A stretch of DNA of 56,692 bases, filler included, from Sphacelaria rigidula (taxonomy: Eukaryota), in the NCBI GenBank assembly GCA_964200075.2. It is 2 parts of 2 records of this genome, joined end to end, with 100 filler letters (N's around TTAATTAATTAA, not from the genome) between each part and the next. Parts side by side here need not be neighbours in the genome. Positions count along the whole stretch, not along the records: positions 1 to 28,319 come from CAXNAA020000101.1; 1 more part is not named here. One strand, written 5' to 3'. The position numbers and the translations under genes are program-made. The notes under the pieces are model-generated. The model saw only the letters and a list, made by a program, of their open reading frames with translations, was not told where the DNA came from and did no database searches. Positions 1 to 13,355 of this stretch are shown here, in pieces. Each line of letters opens with the position of its first letter. Position 1 is the stretch's first letter.

Positions 1-210
1 GTTGGGGAGGCAAAATCTACACGTACATCGAAATGAAGACAGCCGAGCACACCGAGCAGCTGGGAATTCTCACGCTTGGGTTCGTTTACGCGTTTTCGCC
101 TATGTCGCCCATATAAGGCGCTTCATGCAACCTGAAACCGAATATCAGGCGCTGTATCACCATTTTCTTTGCGACAGTTTTGGGCTGGTTACAAGGGGCC
201 GCTTATCGTA
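1..210 (+). repeat. Dispersed repeat of about 230 bp (MITE-like), truncated at the window edge
   Basis: Aligns with 52321-52555 (direct) and 5556-5776 (inverted). Confidence 0.75.
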
Positions 211-485
211 GCAAGTGACGTGCCTCGGCGGAGAGCAAACAACCAAGGGCGTGTCGAGTGGGGGTATACCCGACATTGTGGTATTTAAAAGAGTGGAGAT
301 CTGCTCCGTGCCCACAGCAGCATCCAGCTCAGTGCTGTTGTTCCCTCCTCTCAACCTCGTACAAGTCATTGTGAGTGACTTAAGCAGGTGACGTGCGACT
401 TTTCAGCAGCTCGCAATATCGGGTATACCGCCATCCGGCACGCCCTTGCAAACAACCTCTGTGTGCAAAGAAACATGAGGCTTAC

Positions 486-3400
486 CTCACTGAACGCTGC
501 GACTGTGCTGCCGAGCACCATGGTGCTGCTATCCTTCAGAAGCTTCTCCATGACCTGTAACCACGCCGCGGAACACAACAAAACAATATAGTCAGAACAA
601 TATTGAGATTGAATCATAAAACGCCCAGACTCCGCTGCATCCACCCACACATACGTGCCCGGTATCTACATTGCGCCTCACTGACGCCGCGATCGTCACC
701 AAACATGAAACCGACAAAAAATGCTCCGTTTCACCTCGACAGTTGATGGAATCATGAAACCTCTCGCCCGGAGAACTTCGTATACTTTTGAAACAAAACA
801 TACCATCGACACCGAAGAAGATGCGTTGAACATCTTGGCATAATATTCATCCACACGACGGACAGCTCATGAGCTGCCTAAAATAACGAATCGAAGAGGA
901 CTCCCCGGATCCATTGGTCAAAAACATAAGATCCGTAGCAGCAGAAGCCAAGCAGCCAAAGCCCTACTTTTGCGCTACTCTAGATCTCGGCGTCCAGCGC
1001 TGTAAGGAGCGAATGCGGGAAAAACGGCTAGATGAACAAGCTCGTGATCCGGATCAGTACACTGTGTTTTGTGTATGTTGTCGTCCCGTCTATTCTGGGC
1101 GCCAGTCTACACCTTTCGGTATATATGGGTGCACCAGCAGGGGTCACACAGGAGGAAGGTCAACACAGGAGCTTTTTCGTTTTTACTTGTTTTCGGTACC
1201 CCCCGTTCCTTCTGCGGTGCTTGCCTTTTATTTCTCATCGCGAGAGGGGTTCAGCGGTCCCTTTCCTCGTTGACCGTGAAGTCGAATTCAGTGTACCCAC
1301 GACATCGTCGTTCTCCACTGTTGGGCATGGTGTGAGAAAAAAATCCAGATCGCTCCGAGAATTGAACCCACAACCCAACCGTCAGGAGGTTTCGAGGTTA
1401 CCAACTGAGCCAATAGGGCGACCGGCACACTAGAAAGAAGTACTACTCAGGTAGCTCATGAGCTGTACGACGCATGTACTTTTCCCGTCCTCCCGACACA
1501 CTACGGCACGGCACGCCAACACAAACACATAATCCGGAGTGAGTTTCACCAGAACATCCAACAGGAAGACTCGGACGAAACTCAATATAGCCCATCCACC
1601 GAAAGACGAACCACGAGAGCTGCCCCCCCCCAACCCGTGTTGTGTCCCTGTGTTTACCTGGCACAGCTGGGGGCCCTGGTCCGGGTCCAGCACAAAAATC
1701 TTGGGGATGGCATTTGCCGCGCACTTTCGTACGTACGGGGAGTTGTCGGAAGCGCAGTCACGAACAGCCAGCTGGGCAAATATCAGCAGCAAAATTTGAA
1801 ACGTGACGCAGAGTGCATGAGGGCGGTAAATGTCAGGAAAAACTACCGCAGTGCGGTCGAAGGTTTGCATGCAACACCTGGGACATGCTTGGATCGTGGT
1901 TTGGGATCAACGCCCTACGGTCAGTGGCGCGTCAACAGCTAGCATGTAATTGATATATTCGAGAATTTCGCTGGGATGCCCCAAACGAAACTGCGATCTT
2001 TGACCCGTACTCGGTAGCATTGTGGCACTGCACGACGTGGCCAAAACAACATTGAATTATCGGGCAGCTTTGAACACCACTTTTTTCTTTCAAGGCTACT
2101 TTCCTCGGCGCAACCTTGACTCTTTTTCTCTCCCCTCACCCCGTGAGAAAAAAACAGCACTGATTCAACCGTTTTGAAACCGTTGATGGAAAAGTGACGG
2201 TGTCTAAACTGCCGTATGGGAGCTTCGGTCACAGGGAAACCGTCACTTCGAGTTCGGTGCAAAAATCTGTCACATTAGTATACTTGAACTGAGAGTGGTG
2301 CACCGTTTCGGCAGGCTGCATCATCAACAGTTGCAGGAAAACAACCGGACCTCGCCCAAGAAAACGTCAATTGTAAATCGTCACTTTTTCATCAACGGTT
2401 CCAAAAGGGTCAACAGGCGGCTGGGGACTGGTATCATGACGACAATGGTGTGCTGCACGCCATGAACGCGGATATAAAAACAACATCGTATAAACGCAGG
2501 ATATATACTCGTGCAACAGCCCCACAAAGACATATCCTCAATATTGCATTTCGCCTCTTCCGCAATCTAGCTTCGATTATTTGTTTGAATTTTTGTCAGA
2601 TTTTGATCCGGTATGCGACCCGGGCCGATTTTTCCTGGCGCGATATTTGTTCGAAGGGAGACAAACGGAGGAAACAATAGTTGAGATCATCGGCCAATAG
2701 ACGAACGGCTCCATCAACGAAAGGCTTCGTGATCAAACCGCCATCGGCTTGGGCTGCAACATGCCAGATCACATCGGAGCCGCAACTGAAAAAAAAATGG
2801 GAGAAGTTCACAAGTGCGAAGTCGGGGCGCTAAAGCGCTCATGCGTGTTCGCTCCGTGAGGTATGTACGGGACAGTGAGATATACGGCAAGTCGCGTGCG
2901 TTTCGAAAACGAAAACGGGAATATGCTCGGCTTTGCAGCCGATTCAGCAACATCGGTTGAACAAAAAGCACACGCGTCATGGTAAATTTGCGAGGGTAAC
3001 GTTTCGGGGCGGGGTCATTACTCACGGGTTGAACCATCCGACCGCGCAGCCGTGCAGTTGAGCCCACCGATATGATGCAAATGCACTTCTTCGTGTATCG
3101 ATTTTAGGATACGGTTGCTCCTACAGCAAATATTCTCAACTCTTGACAAAGGCATGACGTTAGCCAGATACTGCGCTCACGTGAGCGCATTAAAAAAAAT
3201 AAAAATAAAACGTGTGCTTTTCTCAAAAGTCCGCTACTGTGTTTGACTGTACTGAACTTCAGGTTTATTGAAAAGATATGGAGTCGCGTGCTACTGCAAG
3301 TTTCGGCGACGGCCAAGTACACAGACCACCAAGCACTGCTGCTGCTGACTGCCCGCCGTGTACCCAACACACAGCGGGGTCAAACATCGTACACACACGT

Positions 3401-6400
3401 GATATTGTAGACAAGGTACCCCACGTTCACACAAAAAAAATATCGACTACAATACCATCAATCCCAAGGATCGCCGAGAACGTTACCACCCCGAGCTGCT
3501 CACCAGCTGTATCTGTATGATGTCCGGCACTCGGATGCTTGTCATCACCCGTAGAGCGAGCGCCTTGATAAGCTGTCAGCAAGGAAACAGAGGGCACAAA
3601 AAAGGTGATTCCTTATGAAATTAAGAAGAGATACGACAAGAAAAACATGACAAGTAGCTTCCCCGAATTCAACGGGGTGAAGAAAAATAAAACAGGTCTG
3701 CTAGGAAAAGCACACCGACAGAGAAATGAAAGAAAATACAAGATAAGACAAGAAAGGACAGACGACACAAGGGGATTTCGCACGGCCACCTGGCGGGGGG
3801 CAACTAAAAAACAACCCCAGGCACCCTCATAGGCCATCACCACAGCTGTTCGGAGAGACCAGTGATGTACATGGCTATATTTCTGTGCAAGATGATACAA
3901 GTCGACGGGAAAAAACGAGCACAAAAATAGCAACCAGTTGGGCTGGTCAAGACGGACGACGAGTCGAGGAAATGGTCTTCCGTTCAGCTTAGGCCAGCCC
4001 CACCTTGCTGGATGGCCAACCGCGGACAACGGGGGACTGACAGCAGCGAGACCGACGGAGACTAAGCAGTGGAGAACAACAGCATGATATCTGTACTGTT
4101 TTTGTATGTCTTCCCAGCCCTTGATGAGAAAAGATTAACTGCACTGATTGACCACAAAAGAGTACAGCGCAGAACAACCACAGTGCGATACAGCACCGAC
4201 AGGTGGGCTGTGTCATCGCAATTTCACCACCGAGACAAAAAAAAAAAACATATTTCATTCCGAGGCCCCTCGCGGCGAAAGGGACATTACTCGTTTTTCA
4301 TGCCTTCATATTTCTGTTGACACATACCTGCATGCTAACGCGTCAAGTGTTTTGCCCCCCCCTGTCTACAGATAATGGCCCAAATCATACTAGAAATTAC
4401 CCACGGTCCGTAGTCGAATGAATCACAATCGTACATGGACCGAACGAGTTCCGATGAAAAAATGAAAGCCTTCGTCTGTGTGGAGAGCATGCTCTGTTGA
4501 AAAAAATCGACGACGTTCCCCCGTGCGCACCTATGAACACTAAATTTGATGAACACAGCCACCACGTCGCTTCCCCTAACACTAGAAATGAAGGTTGAAA
4601 AAATCCGGCCGCCAACTGTCGAACGTTCGGACGACTCATCGAGTTGTCTTTTTAGCTCTTTGACCACCAGGGTACTTCATCCGGGTCGTGCGGTATGTTC
4701 TTCACCAGTGAAAGCGATGCCAATTCAATAGATTACCCACCCTAGTGGTCAGAAGGGTTCATGGCGGGAACACGTCATGTTTTGCGAAGCATAATTGTTT
4801 TCTATACAGCAATGCTACGGTAGGGGCGCACTTTTTGCGCGAAATGTTATCTACTTTAGGAGCTACCAACGATTCTAGATGCACGAGAATGTGGATCAGG
4901 GCATCCCCGTTTGCGATTTCAATCGGGATATTCCCAGCACATTGGACTACTAATCCTGGCGTACTCTAACATATTTTCATAAGTCGTGTTTTGCATGAGA
5001 TACAGGGCTCCTGACTGTTCTAACCTCAGAAAATCTTTCTGCACCCCTACCGTAGCATCACTCCTATTGCAACTCATGATCACATCTTGTCCAGCGGGCA
5101 CACAACGACAAAAACGTCAATCAGTAGTATATATTTCGTCTGATTTACGACACTGATAATCGAATCGACGAAAAACATCGACAGTGCGCGCGTTGAACTT
5201 TCCCACACCTGGTTGGAGCCTCGCAGGTCGTTCTGGAACGAATTGATGGACAAGAGGGCCAGCTCCCGGCACTGAGCGTTGTGATCCGCGTAGTGCACGA
5301 GGTAGATGTACACCATCTTCTTCACCTCCACAGAGCGAACGGCCATGTTCTTCACAACATCCGAGAAAAAATCGCTCACGTCCCTGCCCTTGCTCACCAT
5401 AGCCAAAAGCCATTTCATACCTTTCAGCTTATCCACATCCTGAGGGACACAAACGGAGGCATATACTGTGTTTACTTGTGCCATGTCCAGGAGACATCGA
5501 CATGCGTGTACCGTGTACAGTTTCTTGGCCAGAAATCGAGGGACGAGTCATGCCGCGATAACCCCCCCCACACCAGCCCCAAAACTGCCACACAGTAAAT
5601 GGCCATACAGCGCATGATAGCTGTTTTAAGACTGCATGAAACGCATCATATGGGCGACATTGGCGAGAACGATCCGAAGCGAGGGGGGTGCTCGTGAGCA
5701 TGCCTTTTTGTCACTTTCATTTACAGGTAGGTTTTGCCGTTTCAAACCCGCCACGTCCCTGGGGAGAGCTTTCGTGGCATCAGTCGGACATGTGGCGACC
5801 ACTACGCCACAGCGACTCCTCATGTGTGTGCTTGCATGGCCTACTATTACACTCGTCTACACGAAGCACCACTATGTTCGAAAATATAGAGACCATTTGG
5901 GACTGAATGGGAATATCTCGACGTGTACCATCAACACATCGATGCGGATTTTTGCCCCGTGTGCGTGATGAGTTAGCGCGGCTGAAACACAAGTAAACGG
6001 CCCTGTTTAGTGATATCAGAGCCTCAGACTTGTCGACTCAAGCTAAAGGACAAACGGTGCTTGCCTCGTGATCGACCACGTTGGTCGTACTTCCAGTCGA
6101 GGTTGCGAAACGGCGTTGTGACTCTGGACTGTCAAGTTCCACCCCGAACTAAAACCCCCAACAAATATGACAAAAAAATTATACGCGCGCAAATGTCAAC
6201 AAAAATCAACGGAAAAACGTTGATATTTGAAAAAGAAATATCTATCCTCAGTGGAAACCCTGGGATTTTGCACAACCACAGCCGCCGCGCCCCGGTGGTG
6301 TAGTGGTCCCATTACTACCAGCAGGGTGGAGAGTTGGTGGGTTCGATTCCTGCGAGATGCACTGCTTTTTTTTTCTTCAAAGTATCTAGTTTCCATCGTC

Positions 6401-9400
6401 GAAAGGGGGTGTACATGAGTAGACAAGTCGTAGTTACCTGACTTTGTTTGACGTGTGTTGACGCAGTGCGGGAGTGCTGAACCAATCCACGAGACCAAAT
6501 GGCAAGGCTTGTACCGGAGTTGATCCCTCGAGACTACAGACGCGTCCCGAGGAAGGGGAGGGGTTCAAAGCGTGACATAAAAAGAATCCCCCCTTGTTCA
6601 CCCCGAGGGTAGTAACCCCATCGTCCCCTGGGTATAGTACCCTCCACACAGTATCAACACTTGGTACCGAATTTTCACATTTGATTTCAATTGTGGAAAC
6701 GGTCCTTATGTTTACGGATATTCCTGTAGTCCTTATATTTTCGGACGCGTGACAGTAAAATACACCCAGACTGTGATATGATAAATGCTGGTCAATTTTG
6801 TGCATAAAAATGCACCTAGTTTTGATTGGTTTGGTCATCACTGCGCTGGTTTCCTGGGATGTTCCACAACCCCGTCAACATGCCCTACGACCCTGGACAA
6901 GTAAAAGTACCCCCCCCCCCGCCCCTGCTCCGCCTCGAAAGGGATGCGGGGTAAATGGTCAAACGACTAAGGCAAGCAACAAATGAATACCCCCCCCCCT
7001 TTAGCGAAGCTGCTGTCGAGAGGCGAGGTTAGCAGCCAAGGACCAACTGCAAACCAGTACTCTTCCGTGTGCTGTTTCTCTGAAAGCAAAGCGGAGAAGC
7101 GGTGACGTTGCGAATCAGCAGTCCATGCTTCTTCGAATAGCTTGCAGGAACACCGGTCGTCATGAGGCCGGTGCAAAGCGTCCTCACAGCGAGATCGTGC
7201 AATAGGGCCCATCTTAACGGGATGAAAATAAGGCACACCTCCCACAAATAGGGGTAACTCAACGTGACTTCAAGCCAAGCGTTCAAAATCGGCATCCGTC
7301 CAAGATTGAGGATCCGTTCAAAATCAGGCAACGAGCCACAACATGGTACACGTCCTATTTCACTGTACTGCAGCACATACTCAAGCCCTATCTAACGTGC
7401 TGTAGCTGTCACTGTGCTGTAGTGTGATGTGTTTGGACCTTGCGAATACGATTTGGTCTCCGCTGAGATTGCCTGACCTGCTATAAACATATTTTTGTTT
7501 CCGTTCCCCGTAGAACATGATGCTAGTCAGCATGCGGTGCTGTTTACACACTGACGGTTGACAATTTCATGGTGTATTGGCCGTTTCGTCTTCCGTCAAA
7601 TGAACAACGCGGTGTCCACCCCCCCATCATTTCTATGCTGTAGTTGTCGCTGTGCCGTGGTACGTTTGAACCCTCTACGGACACGGTTTGATCTGCGCTG
7701 GAGAGTGCCTGAACTGATGTACTCCAGATGTGTTCTGGTCTGTACGGAATTGAGGTGGGGGACAAAGTGCTATCCATACAAAATTGAAAATTCACGTGAT
7801 GGCTGTGCAGCTGTTCGTTTTGTCTCTTCGGTACTTCACTTGTAGTCGGGTGCTTTGATCGGGGAAGACACTCAAGGCAGGGTGCCTGCAGGTTGGAGCA
7901 AACAAACTGAGCCAGCACGGACTGCTTGCTCTTCAGCGATTAGTGGTCGTAGCTGTCTGTCTCGCAGGGGCGCAACATGTGGGCCAATCAAAGCCATTTC
8001 GCAACTCATATGCATATCGTAGCTTTCATGTAATTAGAAGGTTCCCGCAACTTCGTGCTTTGAAACGCTTTCACAGATCAAAAACGTTCCATTCCACATT
8101 TTTTTGCCCCGAATTGTGCCCTCTGTGCCAACTAAAGGCAAAAGCAAAGCAAGCGTCCAAAAGCAGCACGATGATTGGTCGCGGCGACACCACGCGGCAG
8201 GGTGATATTGTGGCGACCAATAAACATGCTTTTAGACGCTTCTACTCTCTTGACTCTTTTGTTCGTCCGGCGAGTTGAATATATACCGGGAGATAATTCA
8301 ATTAATTAAATTAGCAGGCGAAGCCCGCAACACCAGCCAGATCTTTCACAAACACACAGGTAACTTGAAGTTGAAAATAAGCGCGGCTATGGCTGAGCGT
8401 TCAAACTCGGTACAGGCTGGGCCGTCAAGGAACGGACTTTGCTTCAGCCGGTTCTGACGGGAGATCTATCGCGAGTTGTGCCTGCTATGCATCGTGGTAA
8501 TCTGCAAATCAATGCGCAACTTTCCATCAAATGAAATACCAAACTGTAGTCAGCTGCGACGTGTAGAACGTTGAGGGTGGCATGTGCGGCTGAAGCACGG
8601 CAAAAAAAACGGCTGAAATTGCATTTTCGGTTACAGTCAGCTGTGCCGCGGCCGCAAAGTGATGGTGCTGCACAAGTTGTGGTTGTACAACGATGCATGT
8701 CGTACTGTAGGCGCGCAGTGTCTGAGATGGCACGCAGACGAGACCTTCAGCTCGCCAAGGCGTTTGGTTGTAGTGTGAGAACCGGTGAACAGTTGGAGAA
8801 GAAAATTTGTAGAGAACGCCAAAGTTCCGGCTCATGTTGGTGTACTCTTACAGCAAGTCAACAGGTTCTCAACAGAAAGCGCGGTTGCGCTGGTCAATTT
8901 TGAGTTGTTTGCTATGAATTTCGACATCATGTACTTTAGATATGTGCGAAACCCCTATCGTTTCCCCTTCAATTTTTCTTTTCTCTCATGTGTTGTTGGT
9001 GATGTAAAATTCGGAACAATTTATTTCGGTACAGAGTCGTTGACAACTTAGTAAAAAAATAGAAATATAGAAGGAGGGACGATAGGATTTTCACAACACA
9101 CCTCATGCACAGCGGTTGAAATTCCGTGGGGAAAGGCTTGAAATTGAACAGCTTAACCGCGTTTCATGTTTTCGCGGCTGGTCCATCTTCACGTAGGAAC
9201 TAACTAGTCTCTGACACGTACACGCGATTATGCCGCTCAATTTTGGGTCGTTTTGTATGCAATTTTGACACGATGTACAGGACGTATGTGCAAAGACTCT
9301 ATCATCTTCCCCCTACATTTTTTCTTTCTCGGGTAGCTATTGGGGACTAAACATTTCAGAACATTTTTCGGAACTAAATCGTGAATAACTCACGAAAAAA

Positions 9401-12400
9401 TGAAAAAGTAGGGGGCATATGATGGAGTCTTTGCACATGCGCCCTGTACATCGTGTCAAAAAATTGTAGAGAACGACCCAAAATTGAGCGGCATAATCGC
9501 GTGTTCACATCCCTGTCCGCGTCTTGGGCGGCCCACCCTTTATCCTCCCAAAAACGACGACCTGTGCGAAATAAGGCGGTGGACTAAAACATGGGACATG
9601 TCCCGTCACTGTACCATAGAGACAACACACTCACTCCTCCTCATGTTTTGGAGCTGTCACTGTACTGCGGCGTGTTCACACAATGCGAATAGGGTTTGGA
9701 TTGCGTGAGCTGCGATAATGCTGTTGTGTTATCTCTGCAGAAAACACTGTTGGTCTGCACGTATGGCTGGCTGCACACTGTTGAAAACTTCATGAGGTAT
9801 TGGCTGTTTCGTCTTCCGTAAAAGGCCCCAGGCGCTGCCCGCTACTGCTACACTCCGGCTAGTGCTGTGTGTTGGAACAGTCTACTGTACTGTACTACTG
9901 TACCGTGTTGTGTCGGAACATGTGAGTGCGGGCGTCATTGGCCATGAGATTAGTCCGCATGAACACTAGGTTTCGAGAGTACTCTCCTGGCAATTCCCAA
10001 GTAGAATGAATAGGGCTGTGAACTAGACCAGTTTGTACTGGCAGTTTAACTGGAATTGGTGATGAGGACTCCAGTTTATTTGAAGTTTGCCGTTACCGGC
10101 TATGTTTATACCATTTTTAGTATGGTTCGTTTATAATAAAGATTCGTACATGATCACGAACAAAATGCCGATAGGATTGGGGTCTGCATCTGACAACAAC
10201 AGTACAGGTACAGACAGTACAGTACAGTACAGTACTCGTGGTCACTACACCTTGAAGTGATATTGCGGATATATGCCAGGTTTGTCGTTTCATAACACGA
10301 CATACATCTGGAATAAAGAATAGCGCACAAACAAACGGTAATCCGCGACCACAAAATACAAAGTACACCATGGCTTGCATTTTAACTGCATGCTTGCTTG
10401 TGGGTCCGGACGCCAATCACTTTGCGCTCTTCTCTCCGCGTGTTGCCAGCCTTGGCTTGTATGCACCCTCCTCTCCTCACGGAGGGTCTGCTGCTGCATA
10501 TTGCAGATGGATGGTTTTTGAATCGCTCACCGCTTTGAATGGGATTTGAATGTCATCCGAGAGTGCCCAGAAAAAACAATCCGAGACCCGATGCCCCTTT
10601 TTGAATCCTGGAGTCTTTCGGGTGGGGGGGGAGGGGTACCAAATCTTATACATGATTGAAAAATGTTAAAAAAAAAGAAGTATATATAAAATTCGTGTTC
10701 ATGAAACTTTAATTTTTCGCATACCTTCGGAGCCAAGAAAGGCCGAGTTATGCTAATGGGTTTCGGCAGTACATTGCACATCACACTTCCACGACAAGAA
10801 CGAGACCAGACAAATAACACAACACTCTGCGATGCTTGCTCAATCAAGCTATCATAGATGCAACTATCTGCACCGTCAATTTGCGCCCAATGTGCGTCGC
10901 ATCTTGTGGTGGGAGATAGGGCCAACAATCATGGGCGCTACCTCACCCAAGTCGCCCCCAAATGGCTATTTATTGAGTGTTTCTTAATGTGAAGAAAAAC
11001 AAAATCCTACGACCGCCGCAGGGGGGTGGGGTGCATAGGATCTCAGAGGGTTTTTTGTCGGGCACTCCTGTGTCACCCAAGACTTGAGCTCCTCAATGTG
11101 AGGGGTCACATTTCCTACAATTCTCCCCATTGTTAAGGGAAAAACAAGCCAAATACCGCAAATTTTCTCGCCTCCGGCACCGCTCCCGCGGGGGCCCCTC
11201 ACCAGCCGGGGGAGGCCGTTGGCTTCGCCGATTGACTGGGAAACAATCGATGTACTGGCCGCTGGCGCGGCCAGTTTAAACTCAACTGGTCAGAGCAGCC
11301 AGTTCACAGCCCAAAGAATGAAGGGACCTGATTGGTGGTTACCACGTCAATTCTGTCTAGATGCAACTTCAGTCTACCTTTTGTCCCATTTATCGCGTGT
11401 CCAAGTCTCGACGATTTTGTTCCCTAACGGTCGCTGTTGTGACCATAAAAAAAAATGAAAAATAAAATCTAAACGGCTTAATCGAAAATACGCTGTGGAA
11501 AAGGGAAACTCCAATCTCATGAGTCGTGATTTCAACTGCCGTAGTTTATTTTGAAGATGGCTAAAATCTCGACCCATCAGATCAGAGTATTTGTTTTCCG
11601 CCGCACTTTTTCGACCGAAAATTGATATGCTAAGACAAGACCTGAGGACTTTCAACTATCGTCTTCCATGTTGACGATATTGTGGTTAACCCTTAGACCG
11701 CGAGGTTAGTCTTCTGTTGAATCGGCATCGATTTCGAGTGAAAAAAGTATGCATGATCCAGAAAGACTAATCTCGCGGCCTAAGGGTTAAGATCACGACT
11801 TATCAGATCGGACGTTTTGTTTTCCACCGCACTTTCTCGATCGAAAAATGATATTCGGAGACGACCAACGAGTAAGATGGGCTCCTAGTCTTTCCGTACG
11901 GGAATATCAATCATGACTTGCAATTGGCTCATGTGATAACTCCGCTTCTGAACGGATCTCTTCGATTAACCAGCGAACCAGTGCCCCCACCTCAAAAAAC
12001 ATAGTCTCCTTCCATGTTCACCCACGGGACTGTTAAGGGAATGTTGTCCCCACCGGAACGGGAGAGTTCGCATCGACAGGAACGATCCTTTGAATCTAAT
12101 TCAAGTGGGGGGTATTTCCAACGTAAGATCATTGGCACATGATTGGAATAAAGTAAACAAGGCGTGGAGTGAGCAGTCTCGGACAGACACTGATCTAACA
12201 AGGTTTGGGATAAGTGAATATATTCAGAACAATTTCTGATGCCCTACTCGACGTGCTGTTTCCATAATGTGGATCCTGCTGAGCTCAGTAGACGTTCCAT
12301 AGACGAACATCCAAGGGGAAATGAAAGTTCAGCTCAATGTATATGATCGAATACTGTTGGTCCGATCATTGATGAACACCGGGTCTCACGCGTCGTGTGG

Positions 12401-13355
12401 TGCTGCAAAAAAGCATGTTCCAAGGATACGGAAACACCATGCCATGATGTTGATCCTGGGTGACTGAAGCACAGCAGCAGGGTACAGTAGTGCGGCATTG
12501 CAACAGAACTACTTCGTCGTGAAACGAAGGACAAGGGTGCACTACCGATGCAGTACGAACAGGCTGTGCAATGCAGGCAGTTACACGGTACAATAGTGCC
12601 AGCGTGATACTTGCAGTCAACTCTACGAAATTAACCGATATCTCTGCTCCAGTCCTTTGATGGCAATCGCAAATAGACGCGCAGCAGGCAATGACAGAAA
12701 ATCCGTGCCAGTGCTGCACTGTCTGTCCGCTGTACTGTAATAGCAACTACAATAGGGATCATGCATAGACACACGTACTGCTATCGTTCATCCGTGGATG
12801 TGACAACGTCGCGCTCGAGGGCGCAAGGATGGATAACAGTACAGTGCAGGCAGGAACTTCGAACTTCACAGGTGAACTACTTTGCTGTAGAACTATACAT
12901 GGGTGAGCACGCCTGTGCGTTGTGCGTGCGTCGTCCAGGTCGTCCATCCGTTACGGACAGGACTGCTGAAAAAACAGCGGTAACATACCGGAACAGTATA
13001 ATGCAATCGGCAGCTAGTGTTCCCAAGTTACAACATTTGCAAGGGCGATTTCCTCGAAAAGTGAAACCTTACAATGCCCAAAGACGTCGTACACCAAAGC
13101 ATTTCTAATTATACAAGCGGCATCAAGTGCGCAGTTTTCGAGGAGACCATTCGAAAAACAAGAAGGAAGAGTAGGAGGGGGGGTGCTATTTGGGCTGCAT
13201 ATAGTGGAGTGGGTGGAAATCAGTGCCTTCGCTGCATTTGTTCTGCACCCCTACCGACGAGTAAAACACACCTTCGGTCTGCTCAGATACTCCTTGACTT
13301 TTCCCGGATTCATAGACTCCTCGAAGAAGTGAGCTTCGCCCTGCAGGGCCGCCAT
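486..13355 (-). CDS. AP3B: AP-3 adaptor complex beta subunit, 5' part (5 exons; gene continues beyond the left edge)
   Basis: Phase-0 GT-AG exons 13272-13355 (MAALQGEAHFFEESMNPGKVKEYLSRPK), 5209-5439 (DVDKLKGMKWLLAMVSKGRDVSDFFSDVVKN...VKKMVYIYLVHYAD...LALLSINSFQNDLRGSNQ), 3504-3572 (LIKALALRVMTSIRVPDIIQIQL), 1658-1771 (LAVRDCASDNSPYVRKCAANAIPKIFVLDPD...) and 486-554 (VMEKLLKDSSTMVLGSTVAAFSE) join in frame. Motifs LALLSIN-FQ, ALRV-SIRV and SPYVRK-AA-AI-K are typical of the beta-3 adaptin N-terminal trunk. Confidence 0.93.
1063..1426 (-). mobile_element. tRNA-derived SINE, family A, copy 1
   Basis: Minus-strand head GCCGGTCGCCCTATTGGCTCAGTTGG...GGTTCAATTC (Pol III A and B boxes), about 280-bp body and a CA-rich tail. 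Alignable to 48609-48980 and 55302-55645. Confidence 0.8.
4807..5064. mobile_element. MITE with TIR similar to GAGTGATGCTACGGTAGGGGTGCA
   Basis: Inverted termini atgctacggtaggggcgca / tgcacccctaccgtagcat, flanked by TA; same TIR family at 51339-51484. Confidence 0.7.
5556..5776 (-). repeat. Inverted copy of the ~230-bp MITE-like repeat
   Basis: Reverse complement shares ggcaaaacctac, cgccaatgtcgcccatatga and cagttttggggctgg with 1-210. Confidence 0.65.
6281..6660 (+). mobile_element. Probable tRNA-derived SINE, family B
   Basis: A-box TGGTGTAGTGG (6296-6306) and B-box GGTTCGATTCC (6340-6350) without a complete cloverleaf; 3' end approximate. Confidence 0.55.
6910..6999. repeat. ~80-bp short interspersed element flanked by C-runs
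   Basis: Core ctgctccg-ctcg-aagggatgcg-ggt-aatggtcaaacgactaaggcaag-aacaaatga recurs at 51091-51171. Confidence 0.75.
9220..9504. mobile_element. Fold-back MITE with inverted arms of about 110 bp
   Basis: ACACGCGATTATGCCGCTCAATTTTGGGTCGT ... ACGACCCAAAATTGAGCGGCATAATCGCGTGT (perfect terminal match). Relatives at about 8890-9125, 28450-28560 and 28620-28875. Confidence 0.8.
11686..11790. mobile_element. piggyBac-like MITE (97 bp) between TTAA target duplications
   Basis: TTAA-CCCTTAGACCGCGAGGTTAGTCTT...AAGACTAATCTCGCGGCCTAAGGG-TTAA; TIRs of about 24 bp beginning CCC. Confidence 0.85.

Noticed and set aside
6281..6365. Functional tRNA gene
   Set aside because: A/B boxes are present but there is no proper acceptor or anticodon stem; better explained as a SINE head. 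The same applies to 1345-1426 and 48897-48980.
6434..6520. Extra AP3B exon ending at GTAAC
   Set aside because: Phase is incompatible with exon 2, it lies in a SINE body, and exon 1 joins exon 2 directly.
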